This document shows, piece after piece, positions 26,015 to 38,225 of a stretch of DNA of 64,000 nucleotides; the stretch's first letter is position 1; every line of letters starts with the position of its first letter. The notes below the pieces were generated by a model. It was not told where the DNA came from, made no database searches, and saw only the letters and a list, made by a program, of their open reading frames with translations. A program made the position numbers and the translations under genes. This stretch comes from Lama guanicoe (taxonomy: Eukaryota): the NCBI GenBank assembly GCA_013239625.1, contig MU054323.1, positions 20,791,082 to 20,855,081 on the forward strand, read 5' to 3'.

Positions 26015-28976
26015 CTGGAAAGAAAGAAAAACACAAGACCATTCGATGCTCATTTCCGTATCTTTCCCTTTGCACATGCTGATGTTCCATCTAGCTCTGG
26101 CTGGCCAGGGCGGGGGTGAGTGGGGGTGGGGGAGGTGTGGAGGAGAGGGGTTGCTCCTATTCCAAATGATGTTTTGTTTTTTCCTTAGTTCTACAGGTGA
26201 CTTTGCTTTTCTTATCAACATCATTAACATCTATGATTCTATCATAGGGATAAACGCAGACAGGGTTTGGAAATAAGACAATAGACTCTTGCTCCTCAGC
26301 AATCAAACGAATTAGTGGGCACTCATGGTGAACAACTGCACCACGATAAATCCAGGAAAAATGATAGACACTTTTGTGTTTGAGGAGCTCATACTCTGGT
26401 TGGCAAGATGAGAAGTACATTTGAAAAGATAACTGGAAGCATGAGACAGTACTGGAAAAATGGTAAGTAAGTGATCTTGACGTTTTGGCTGCAGGAGGAT
26501 GAGACTGTGCATTGTGAGTTGTAGTACTGAGAAGGATGGAGCTCAGGAAAGCAAGCGTGATTCAAGTATGCTGAAAGAAAGCAAGCAGCTGTTTCAACCA
26601 GGGATGGTTGTGTAAAGCAAAAGTAGACATGCTCGAGGTCACTGTGTCTGGCTGAAGTAGAGGCTCACAAATAACACTGGAACTGAGGCTGGGGGGTATC
26701 GTAATGGCAGAGTATATGCTCGGAACTTACTGTCGTAAGAGTAAGAGATGGACCCTCGAGTCACCATATCCTTGCTTCTTGGGCTGACTCATACCCAAAG
26801 AGCCAGTTCTTAAGTAAGTGAAAGTCATGGACAAGTGGTCTTTTGAGATTCTACAAAGGTCATTGGAAAGGCAGGTCATCTAAGGGCCTCTTGACTTTTT
26901 TTGTAAACACTCAGAACCTGAGCGTCCACAACCATTTTGTTGAAATCGTGCACTTGAGAGCTTTCACAGACAGTCTTCTTTGAAAGGAAAACCCAATATG
27001 GTAAGTCCTAGCTTAAATAAATTCTTGACTAGAACTCTCTAGATTTTATGATCTTTCATCCCATCAAAAACAAAAAAAAACTCAACTTTTATAAATACCT
27101 TAGATGCCAAGAATGGGGAAGATCAGAAGACAGCAGACTCTGCAGGGGAAAGAGATGGCCCCTTGGGTTTTTTGGCATCTTGTTTGTTTGTTTGTTTTTT
27201 CCCCCAAACTAATAAGCATTCCAAGAAAAATTACTGGTAAGATCTGGGCCATTAGGCCCATGTGGCCATTTAGGCTTAGCAAGTGGAGAGACAAAGCCGT
27301 GTAACAGAAATGCTCCCAACACCCCAGGGGCATCACTGACATTTATCTTAATATGACAATAAAAGTACAGATATAATTCCTGTACAAATGTAATGATCCA
27401 AGCAGAATTTCATCATGGGGAGGCAGGAGGAAGTAGGGAGAGGGGAGAAAGAGGTACACAGTGGGTCAAAACATTGTGTCATTTTTTTTTCCCCCTAAGA
27501 CAGTAGGTCCGTGAGATGGGCCCATCAGCACACATTCTGAGGACGGAGACATGCTCCCCTTACAACATGTCGTGAGAAGGCACTGAAGGCTGAGGCTACA
27601 CTAGGCAGCTAGAGAACTCCCAATGGTTTTTGACTGGATTTTGCCAACTCGCCCATTTTCTCATTTATTTTTCCTTTAAAATGATTAAATGTTTGATCTA
27701 TAATTGGCAAATGCAGTAAAAGGTTTGCTTTGGCCCATGGTGGGTTGGGGGAGTGAGTGGGAAACCTTCATTTGACGGAGAAAAGAAAATACTGGGAAAA
27801 AGCTCTGAGATTTAATTAGCAAATGACCTCACTCAGCACAGTCATTTGTCGGGAGCTTCCTAGGCTGTCTGTCCCCCGAGCCGTCCGACGCACACACTGT
27901 GTTAAGAGTGTGTTTTATGTTACCGAAAAGGCTCTTGTGTATAGATGTTTCTTTTCTAATACAAAGAATTCTGACATGGTTACAGATGTTTAGCTTCTAA
28001 TTAGCAGTAACTGTACACTAAAGAATGCCCCTCCTTTTGCTCCTGACCTTTTGCAAATGATGATTTCCCAAAGATCTCTGGCATCCACACAGGAGAAAGA
28101 ATGGAAAGTAGGAAGAGTGCCAGAATTTCCTGCTCTCAGATACCCTGTCCTAGGGTACTTTCCAAAAGCACACAATCAGGTTAAAGAATAAAACAAAACC
28201 TCCCCTCTAAAGAGTAATGCAATTACAGAAAAAGAGAAGCCTATTTTTAAAGTAATATTTAATTAGGTACCATTCATTAGAAAGCAATGACTAAATGTAA
28301 TTTCAAACTCCTCTCTTACTGCAGATTGTTTAAATGGAAGGACAGAGTCCAGTCAGCACACACACGCACACAAATAACAAGCAAAAAACAAAACAAAACA
28401 AAACTTCCAGGCTACTTCTGTCAGTCTTTGGGGGCAGAGAGGGGGTCTGATGAGATTTACCTTCTCCAGGTATATGTGGCCTGGAGTGTGAGGGATATAA
28501 ACACAGTCTTTACAGCCCTAGGGGAATAGATACAGTCATCTAGTTTGATTCGCTGAAGGTGCCAATGTCAAGCAGAGAGGCTTTTCAGAGACACAAAATC
28601 TATAAGGACAATCAGAGCCCCTAGACTTTTGTCCTACTTCGGACCCTGAGGTTGGTGACTTGGACAAGTCGTCGTCACCTTTCTGGGTCTGTCGAGCTGA
28701 CGGTGATGGCAACAAACTATACCCAGTGTTTCGAGGTGGTGGCTAAGAGAACACTCCAAGGAGTAAGGTACCTGGGAAATACAAAGTTTTCACACTGCAT
28801 TATGCCTGTGTTAAGACAGGATTGGCATATTCTAGGAATAGCAGGGCTCTCCGTAGCCTCAATGAGAGAATTAAGACTGTGGTGTGAATGCTGTACCACT
28901 TAAAAAAGATAAGACAACAAAGTGATGATGTGATGGCAAGGGGATTTTTCCGCCTCCATTATAAAGTGATGAGGAC

Positions 28977-29124
28977 AGGGGGAGGGCATAGCTCAGTGGT
29001 AGAGTACGTGCTTAGCATGCACGAGGTCCCGGGTTCAATCCCTAGTACTGCCATTAAATAAATAAATGCACAAACAAACCAACCTAATTATCTTCCCCCC
29101 AAAATAAAAAAAAATTGTTTTTTA
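28977..29124 (+). mobile_element. tRNA-derived camelid SINE (Vic-1-like)
   Basis: ggggagggcatagctcagtggtagagtacgtgcttagcatgcacgaggtcccgggttcaatccc. TSD ataaagtg(a/t)tgaggac at 28961-28976 and 29125-29140. Confidence 0.93.
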
Positions 29125-29779
29125 ATAAAGTGTTGAGGACTCTGGACCTCTGCTGAAAGAAGTGGGCAGCATCTATTCTCTTAGTCTCAATTCTTTGGAA
29201 AATAAAGCAAATGGGTTTGGAATCTCAAAGGTCATTTCTTCTTTTACCATAGATTAAAATCCTTTCCTCAGTATCCCTAGCTGTGTTCTAGGCCTAAACA
29301 TTGCAGGACATGCAGATGCTGGTGTCTTTAAACCTCCACCCCTCTCACTCCGATAAACCCGTTCCATGTTCATTATAATCATGTATTTCTCAACTGCCTA
29401 CTGTGTCCTTGTCCCCGTGTAACAGGAGATATGACACATCTGTAATGGTAAGAACTGCATCCCACAATTGTGCAGCCCTTGGCAGTTTTATAACATGTCT
29501 GCACCCATGGTCTCTTTACAGCAGTCTTGTAGCACAGGAGGGCATCATAAACCTAAATTCACAGATAAAAAGTAAACTGAAGCTCAGAAAAGCTAACTGG
29601 ACCCTCAATGATGTGTAAGCAGCAGTGTCCAGGCCAGAACTGCCAGCCTTGGCTCCAAGATGGAGTCTGTGGGCTCTTCCAAGCCAAGGCTCACACCTGG
29701 ATATCGAGGGAACACTAAAGTATCTTCCAGCTAATAAACACAAGCTTTAATTTACAAGTATATGGAAAAACTCTAAATT

Positions 29780-29960
29780 AGGGTGTTGGCTCTTTTTGTT
29801 TTTTTAACATTTGTAGGATCATGAAAACATTTCAGAATCTAATGTAAACTGTGGATTCTCTCAAAAGAGAAGCAGATTTATGAACATACACGTACAATTT
29901 CCTATACAATTTCCAGAGGTTCATGACACACATTCAGAACCCTTGGGGCAGTGTTTCCCA
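29780..29960. mobile_element. Ancient hAT-Charlie-type relic
   Basis: tttcagaatctaatgtaaactgtggattctctc...acaatttcctatacaatttccagaggttcatgac. Confidence 0.45.
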
Positions 29961-30789
29961 GACCCAGGTCAAGGAATCTCCAGTTGCTCCTTTGCACACA
30001 GTGTGACTGTCAGGTATGTGCTCTGCTTTAGAAACGTGGGAATGGGGAACAGGACACTGCTCATGGGGAACTACCAGCTTAGAGGGGAGGTCAGTAGATA
30101 ACGAACATGCTCACAAATCAGCAGTACCCACGGAGACAGACATGGGGGTGTGCAGCGGCACAGAAGAGAAAACAGGATGGAGAGTTGGAACTACTTTCTG
30201 GAGGAGATAAAGGACCTTTGAGTGAGGGTGGTATACACCTGTGGACTTCAGGAACTCTGGTGGACCCTGGAAAATTTAGAATATAGTATTCAGAGCAGGC
30301 AAATACCACACTTGAGATCATCTAGTTTCACAGAGTGACGGCTAAGCTTTTTTCCAAGTGTTTCCCTCTGCTATTTACCCTCAGAATCTGTTTCAGTTTT
30401 CCTGAAAGATTTCACAGGTAAGTGGCTGGACATCATCCATACCTGCAGGTTAGGCAAGGAGACATGCACAAACATGCACTGGGTTGGGTACCAGAGAATC
30501 AGAGCAAAGTCGGTGCCCAGGCCACAGGGAATCTAGTCTAGTGGAAAAATACAGGCCAATCAGCCAATGCTTTTGGGGAACATAAGAAGTAAGTGTAGGC
30601 TGTTGAAGAACAGAGGTGGGTCACCAGACAGGAGGGTGGGTGGTCTAGCAGTTCATGGTCCAACTGTGACTAAGTGGGATCAGGCAGAAGGAACATTTGC
30701 ATTTGGCAAGAAAGAGGTGTCCTCTCCAGGTCTGTGTCTTTCCCTCCATGAACTCAAACTGCCCCCAGCGCATACAATCAAAAGGGAAC

Positions 30790-31010
30790 TGAGGTTTATT
30801 AAGTGACTACTGTGCACAAGACTGGCTATGTACTTCAGACACACTGTTCTATTTACTTCACTAAATCTTCATTATAAAGTCACCATCATCATCCCTATTT
30901 TAAGATGAGGAAAGTGACGCTTCCCAACATATCTTAGGTCATAAAACTGGCAAGCGCCAGTCCCTGCATTCTATCAGGGTTTGTCCAGCTGCAAAATTCA
31001 GTCTAAGGTT
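30790..31010 (-). mobile_element. MIR SINE relic
   Basis: tttattaagtgactactgtgcacaag...catccctattttaagatgaggaaagtgacgct. Confidence 0.65.
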
Positions 31011-31069
31011 GCCTCAAAATCTTCAGGGCCTTGAAAGAGCCTCAAAATCTTCAGGGCCTTGGAAGAGCC
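31011..31069. repeat. 28-bp tandem duplication gcctcaaaatcttcagggccttg(a/g)aaga x2
   Basis: Units at 31011-31038 and 31039-31066, one mismatch, bounded by GCC microhomology. Confidence 0.9.
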
Positions 31070-32189
31070 CAATGTTTCCAAAGTAACTCGTTTGCCCTAA
31101 TCACATTGAGGTATGAATGATTTATGGATACAACTAGTTCCTAATTGGTAGAATGTGAAGCAGGGCAATAAAGATGACGCTGATAGTAACATTTACTAAG
31201 CATCGATGAGGGCCAGACTTAGTGTTAAAAGCTTTGCATGTATTACATCATTTAATCCTCACAAGGCAGAATGGCTGAGAGAACATTATTAGGTAGTGTT
31301 GGGGAGGTACTTTCAAACTAAGAGGACTCTGTAAAGCCTGGTAGCTTTGAGTGAGCCCCCTCACTACATGAGAACCAGAGTGGGAGTCTTGAGAAAAGTT
31401 GCAGAATGGCTTCAGAAGCCAGCCAATATCCTCTTCCACTCTCCCTCACTGACCTAATTAACGTTTCCCCAGTTCCTCTGCATTCCCAGGCCCAGATCCT
31501 GTCCTGATCCTCACTTTCCAGAAGTCAAGCCTCCAAACTTCTGCTGATGATGAAAATAATCATCCACTTTCCCTAGATGCCTCTACTTAACCAAGGGGTT
31601 AGCAACTTGGAAGCTGGGCTGAGTTTGAAGAAGCTATGTCTGACCTACACCTGAGTCCCTCCCTAAATTTCTCAAGCTTGCCAATATGGTCTATTTCTCA
31701 TAGAGCATGGCCATCTGCTCTTGCGGAATGGCCATCTACTGACAATCTTATAAGCTGAGACAACCCTATCTTGCAGGATATCTCTATAGGGGAGGGAGGA
31801 ATAGGCTGAGATTATACTATATACATTAAAAAAAAAACTTTCTATATATGGTCTGTCAAGCTGATCATTGTTTAACCTTGTGCCTTTGCACACTGCAGTT
31901 CACACTTACTGGAATGAATGTCCTTTCGCCCTTGTACACTTGGGGAACAATTCTCCATTCTCCGAACTCTGCCCAGGTATCACCTCTTTTACAAACCCTT
32001 ACCATACCTCCTCTGGGCAGTCAATCCCTTTCTGTCCTATGCCCCATCACTGCAACAGCATGCTTATGGCTGTCAGGGCAGGGGGCACATCCCATTTGCA
32101 CTCCCCACAGCAGCCCTCAGGCAAAAGGTTAGCTAGACCAAAATGACCCTGAGAGAAGAAACAGGGTCTTTATAGTTCTGAATAATATA

Positions 32190-32425
32190 GCACGTAAGAT
32201 GAGAGTTGAGAACATGTTCTGGAACCCAGCAAACCTCAGTTTAAGTCCAACTCCTGTCACTTACTAGTGGGTGACCTTGGACAGGTCAGTGAACCTCCTA
32301 AATTTTTATCATCTATAAAACAGTGAAGAGTAACTACTTCATAGGCTGTTGTGAAGCTTAAATGAGGTAATGCATCTCAAACATAATGCCGATAAGTTAA
32401 TGGTCAATAAATGGTAGCTATTATT
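32190..32425 (+). mobile_element. MIR SINE relic
   Basis: tcacttactagtgggtgaccttggacaggtcagtgaacctc...ctacttcataggctgttgtgaagcttaaatgagg. Confidence 0.75.
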
Positions 32426-35400
32426 GAATCTAGTAGATGGAGTAACTTTCAAACTTAAAAGCTTTATCCATTGAGTACAAACTCTCTTAGTGCTCTCCAT
32501 CTCAAGAATACAGAGGCTTGCTGTACCCAACAGACTTCAGGGCTCACAAAGGCCTGACCCTCCACCCCCACAAAGGAGCTGGAGAGGAGAGAAGGAAGAC
32601 TGAGTTTCTCTGGGGCCAAATGACTTATGCAAGGCCCACTGCCTCTATTTTTCAGGTTCCAAATTCTACTTTGTCAATTCTAATGCTGTTTCACCAAAGG
32701 CATCTGTTTCCTTTTCAGCGTGTGTGGCTCCTAGTTTCACTTTTGCCTTCGGAAACATGTTCATGCGTGGATACGTGCGTGTGCGTAAAAGAGAGAAACC
32801 ACTGAAAAAAATAAGTCTGTACCAGTGAATCTGAAAAAACAACAACAACAAAAAAACAGTTCAGCGCATCCTGCCACTGTGAAATATGTTTTTATTCTAA
32901 ACGTGGCATTCCTGAAGCCTTTCTCGCACATTCTCAGGTGAGCCCAGTGCCATCAAGGTTGCCAGATTCTCCACTTGTCTTTCCTATAGCAATTTTCAGT
33001 TCATCAAAGGACCCACCACCACCTGAACTACGTGTTCCTTTTCCTGCAAGTCAAACCACCAGCACTTAGAAGCTGCATTTACTGTGATCTTGCCCTCTGC
33101 ACAGCTCGTGGATTTCTTTATTCAAATATATTTCTTGGAAGGGTAATGGGTTCAGGACTTCTGAAGTTTGATTTTTCAAAAAAAATCCTTGGTTTGGATA
33201 GTGAGGGGGGAATAGGGGCAGTAGGCAGTAGTTAAGTTAAAAATCGCCCATTTCCAGCTGTCATGGACAAGTATATTCATACATGTATCTGCAGCTAGAA
33301 TGTTTAGCTTAAACATCTACTGGGCAGCTCAAAGCTATAACTGCTCTTTGCAAATTAACTCTCATCAACATGTTAAAAGCTTTTAAAAATATTTTTATGA
33401 AGAAATGCTGTCAATAATTAACAAGCCACAACAGAACCTTGAAAACTGCAGTGTGAACCCCCTGGGACATACCAACCAGAGAGTAAGCTGCAGAAGGCAC
33501 ATCCATTTAAAGGTCACCTCCACTCTGCCTCTAAGTTACCAAGGCTTCTCCCAGCGACTAGCCATAGGCTGTTAATCCCTAAGTGGTGAAACCGGCAGCT
33601 GCCAGGAGTTGGGAATTAGCCTCCATCACTTTGACATCCCTCCACTTGTCCCTGCAAGAACTGGGCATAGCACTCAGCCACTTATGTGGCAGGGACACAG
33701 GATCATGGATGCAGTGGCAACAGCTAGTTGCATTCATACCATTCCTTTCACTGTCAGGAAACAAAGCAAGGGAATTTTCCAACAGGGACGCAGTAAGCTA
33801 TCCAGTGTGCTGCTTACTTTAAAGAGACCTTTGAATAATGCTCTTTAATTATTCAGAATTACAAACATGTTTTAAATAAATGAAAGGATGCTTTCTGAAT
33901 GCTAATCCCTGGTTACCTGTTGATATCAGAACACAAGAGTTCTGAAAAAGCATAGAGTATGAAAATTATATTTCATCTGAAATTTCACTTCATGCTTTCA
34001 TTATTTTTTGCCTAGACAACAACAAATACAATTTGAAACTGAATTTTTCAGATTCCACCCAAATTGCCTAGACAGCTGGAAAGAAGGTTTTTTCCTCTGG
34101 AGCACTGAAATGAAGTTATACCTTAACAACGATTCTTTCCTGACTTGGAAAAACATGGAAAAGTCTTTGCAACAACATATACAAAGACGTTGGAGGCCTT
34201 GGAGACTCAAAGGGAATCACTGCTTTCAGTCTTTCCTCCAAATAAAACGGAGTATTATAAAGTGAAAAAAAATCCATCATAAATGGTATAAAACGTTTTA
34301 CACGATGAAAACAACCAGTAGACTTAGTTTGAAATTTTGGCATGGTCTTCCCTCCCAGTCCATCTGTGGATTTATCTCGGACCCTAGACCAGCAAGCCAC
34401 TTACTAGTCCACTGGTCTCTTCATGGACAGCTGGAAAAGTGGTCTGGATCTACCCTCGGGGCTCTCAAGCTGGGATAAGCTGTGTGCAGGGCAGGAGCTG
34501 AGGGCTACGGCTTGTACAGACCTAGGGAAAGAGCTGCACACTGCTCTAAGAGGGCAGAAGCCCTCACACTGTGTCTGCCACTGGTCTACAAAAGATCCTG
34601 GGATGAACTCATTCAGGTAGCCAGTCTTTAAAGGAGCTGAACATAACACCTTGGCCTCAGCCTGTCTTCTCCTTTTCTTGCAGGTAGTGAATGGGTTGGA
34701 GAAAACAGTCCTGAACAGGCTGGGTCCCCTTGTGGTCACTGCTCAAAGGCCAAGTTCTCTAAGTGATTTCATAATGTTGAAACTCACCCCATTCACCTTT
34801 AGGGCATGGGGTTCCACATTTACAGTGAGAGGTTTTCTGTTCATAAACCCAAGACCGGGTGGTCAATTTAAGAAACTACATAAAGGTATAGAGAAAATTT
34901 ACTCTTTTCTTTTAAATATATATATATATATTCCCCCTAAAAAATATATATATATTTTTTTAGGCGGAAGATTTGAAAAGGAATGTTTTTGGTCTCATTT
35001 TTAAAAGGTTTTTTTGTTTGTTTGTTTTTTAGCTGTCATATGTTCCAGAAGCTATGATAGCTCTCTTGATAGGTATCACCACAGTAAATACAAATTCCTC
35101 ATTCTGGCATTCAAAGCACCCTAAACCTACCCCAATACTGGGTGGCCAAAACACAGGTGCTGAGTAAATTTTTCTTGGACTAACAGAACTTGACTTTTCA
35201 GGTGAGTCTTTCCGAAAAGATATTAAAATCTTGTAAAATCAAAGCATCCTGTGAGTCAAGTGAGTGCTTAACATACCCCGATGATAATTTTTAAATAAAC
35301 ACTTTCAAATGTGAACAATTTTATTAACCTCCCTTTTCACAAGGATTTGTTATATTTCTGAAAGATTCCAATACCCCTGCTAAAACCTAAGGAAAGAAAA

Positions 35401-37359
35401 GGGAAAGGAAGGTAGGAATGTTTACTGAGTGTCTGCAAGATGCCAGGCAACATGCTAGGTGCTTTCAAATATTTAATCTCACTTTTAGTACTCACATAAA
35501 CCCTTTGAAATAAGTATATAATACTATATAAACATATGTCAGCTTTTGTTTTAGATGGTCTAGTGGGAACATGTACAGAATGATGAGTTACCCAAATAAA
35601 ATGTACCCACAATCAAATAAACTGCATTGTGCCAACTTCTTTCTGTTGTAGTAAAGAATGTGCAATCCTTTATAAGCAATTTATCCCATTAATTCCAATG
35701 GTTAGAACTCATATTTGCAGATCCCATACACAATGAATTGGTGGCCTAAATGTGTTTCTTACTGCTCTAACTAGTGTTTAATAAAATAAAACCTAACGCT
35801 TGATAATGTACTATCTTTAAAGAAGGCAAATTAGTCACTAGGATATAGTCATCCATGAAACTGTAGTCTTTGGAGCACAGCCATCAGCCAAAAGTTTGTG
35901 AAGAGTGCCATACCAGACTGGGGCAGGCTCCCCAAAGGCTGTGGCAGTGTCCTCTGCTGTCCTCTCTCAATACTGACCACCTTGGGTCAAATCATCTACA
36001 GTCTTTCAAAGTACAGTATTTATTTAGAGACAAGTTCAAAATGTCCAAGAATAAAAATCTTTAACATTTTTAATGACAACAGACACAGGTCAGTATATTG
36101 GCAGGATCTTCATGGGCTTATTGGGGGAAAATAATACACATAGTCATTAGCTTTAAGTGACTGTTTTGGTGGAGCGAAACCTACTGTGAAGCAGAAATTC
36201 TTACATTGTCCCTTAAGGGAAGCAACTTTTAAAACATCCTCAAATTAAAATATTAGTATCTAAACGTGGCCACAGGCAAGTTTCATAATGTCCTTTCACA
36301 TGCTCCTTTGTAAAAGGCGATGAGAGTAAGTCATCTGGAAGGTCTCCTTCAATAATAAAATACTGTAACTCAATGGACATTAAACATGCCAGGCAGACAG
36401 CTATCTTTCTTATTTTAAAATATCTTTATGACCTCTCTTGACTTGTTCCATTGCTTAATCTCATAACAATATTGAGGCTGATAATAGAAGTTTTATGTCT
36501 AACACAAACCACACTCAATCTTTCTATAGTTGGGGCCAGTTTTCTCTGGTTTGAGACTCTTTGGAGCTGGAGAACAAATGACCAGTGTTTTCTACACACA
36601 GGAAAACCCTTCATTAACTATATTGGAATCCTGTCATTAAATCACCCCTACTCTTCTTCTCTTCCATGGGCTAAAACAGCCCCAACTCCTTTAATCACGT
36701 AAAACCTCTTCTCTAGAATCCAGTTAATTATTTTGCCTCTACAGAGAGTTAAACGAATCTTCCCCATACTAGCAGCTAAAACAGTGATTTGTGCTACTGC
36801 TGGATGAGGGAAATTTGAGCATTGCTTTTAATCTGATTCCTCTCCAGACACTGCCATTTGTTTTTTGCTAAAGCTAATTCATACCCCTGAGTGACCCTCC
36901 TCAGGTTTCACAGCAACACTTCAAGCTAAAATCAGAAAGACAGAATTTTTAAAAACCATAGAGTACAAGAAAAGTTTTGAAAAATTCCAAGAAATTGCAC
37001 GAAATTTGGGGCCTGAAAAAAAAAAATAGCACAAAAGAGCAAGGAATATTGAGATGTTAGCAATAGATCTGCCCCAGGGAAGTTTCTTATCTCAAATGAA
37101 GACTATAATTAGGTAAATTAAGTCATACATCAGCATCCCTACTGCATCCAAATAGACCACTGCCAACCCAACCCTATTTTTAAATACCTTCAGGGAAAGT
37201 TTTACATTCTCCTTTGGTTGCTCTAGTGCCCACATTCATGTCACAGTCAAAAAGTACTTCGTTAAATATAATTATACTCTTTTCTTGCTGCAACTTAATT
37301 TTGTTTTCCTGGTTCTACATGCCAGGGGAATAAATGAATCTATGCCTAAAAGCATCACC

Positions 37360-38225
37360 TTTTGATTTGTGTCCAGAACATATTCCAAATAATAAGAAAA
37401 CAATTCAACAAAAAATTGAGTCAAACTTTGAGCCAAGACATCAGCAAAGAAGATACATGGATGGCAAAGAAACACATCTAACGATGCTCAATGTCCTTAA
37501 CCATTAGGGAAGTTCAAATTAAAATCACAGTGAGATGTCACTACTCACTCACTAGAAAATTAAAAAGACCGAGCACACCAAGTGTTGGCTAGCATACGGA
37601 ACCAGTGGAATTCTCATCCTCTGCCGGTGGAAATGTAAAATGGTACAATCACTTTGGAAAATAATTTGGCAGTTTCTTAAACAGTTAAATGTACATACAC
37701 CTTCTCTACAGCCCACTCATTCCACGCCTAGATGTTTACCCTAGAGAAATGAAAACACATGTCCGTAGAGATACTTGTACACGAATATTTCTAGCAACTT
37801 TGTTTGGAATAGTCAAAACTAAACAGCACAAATGTCCATCCACAGGCGAGTACATAAGCAAACTGTGGTATAGCTATCTATACAAGGGAATACCATTCTG
37901 CGATATAAAGGAAGAAACTAGTAATACATGTAATGACATGGATGAATCTTAAAATTATTATGCTCAGCGAAAAAGTCAGACAAAATAAAAGACATAATGT
38001 ATGATTCCATTTATATAAATTTCATAAAGTGCAAATTAATCTCTAGGGATAGAACACAGAACAGCTGTTGCCAGGTGATGGGGGCAGGTTGTTGGAGGAG
38101 GTTACAAAGGGGCACAAGGAGACTTTTGTCGGTGACAGACATGTTTGCTACCTTGACACTGGTGATGGTTTTGTGGGTGTTTAAACTTATATGTAACAAT
38201 TATACCTCAATAATGCTGTTTTTTA
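37360..38225 (+). mobile_element. Old L1M (L1MB/MC-like) ORF2 end and 3' UTR
   Basis: ggtggaaatgtaaaatggtacaatcactttggaaaa, cctagagaaatgaaaacacatgtcc, atggatgaatcttaaaattattatgctcag and caattatacctcaataa. Confidence 0.8.

Noticed and set aside
28977..29055. tRNA-like sequence with A and B boxes (also at 20460, 50190, 54170, 62115)
   Set aside because: Each is followed by an AT-rich tail, mostly with TSDs, and lacks a proper acceptor stem. These are SINE heads, not tRNA genes.
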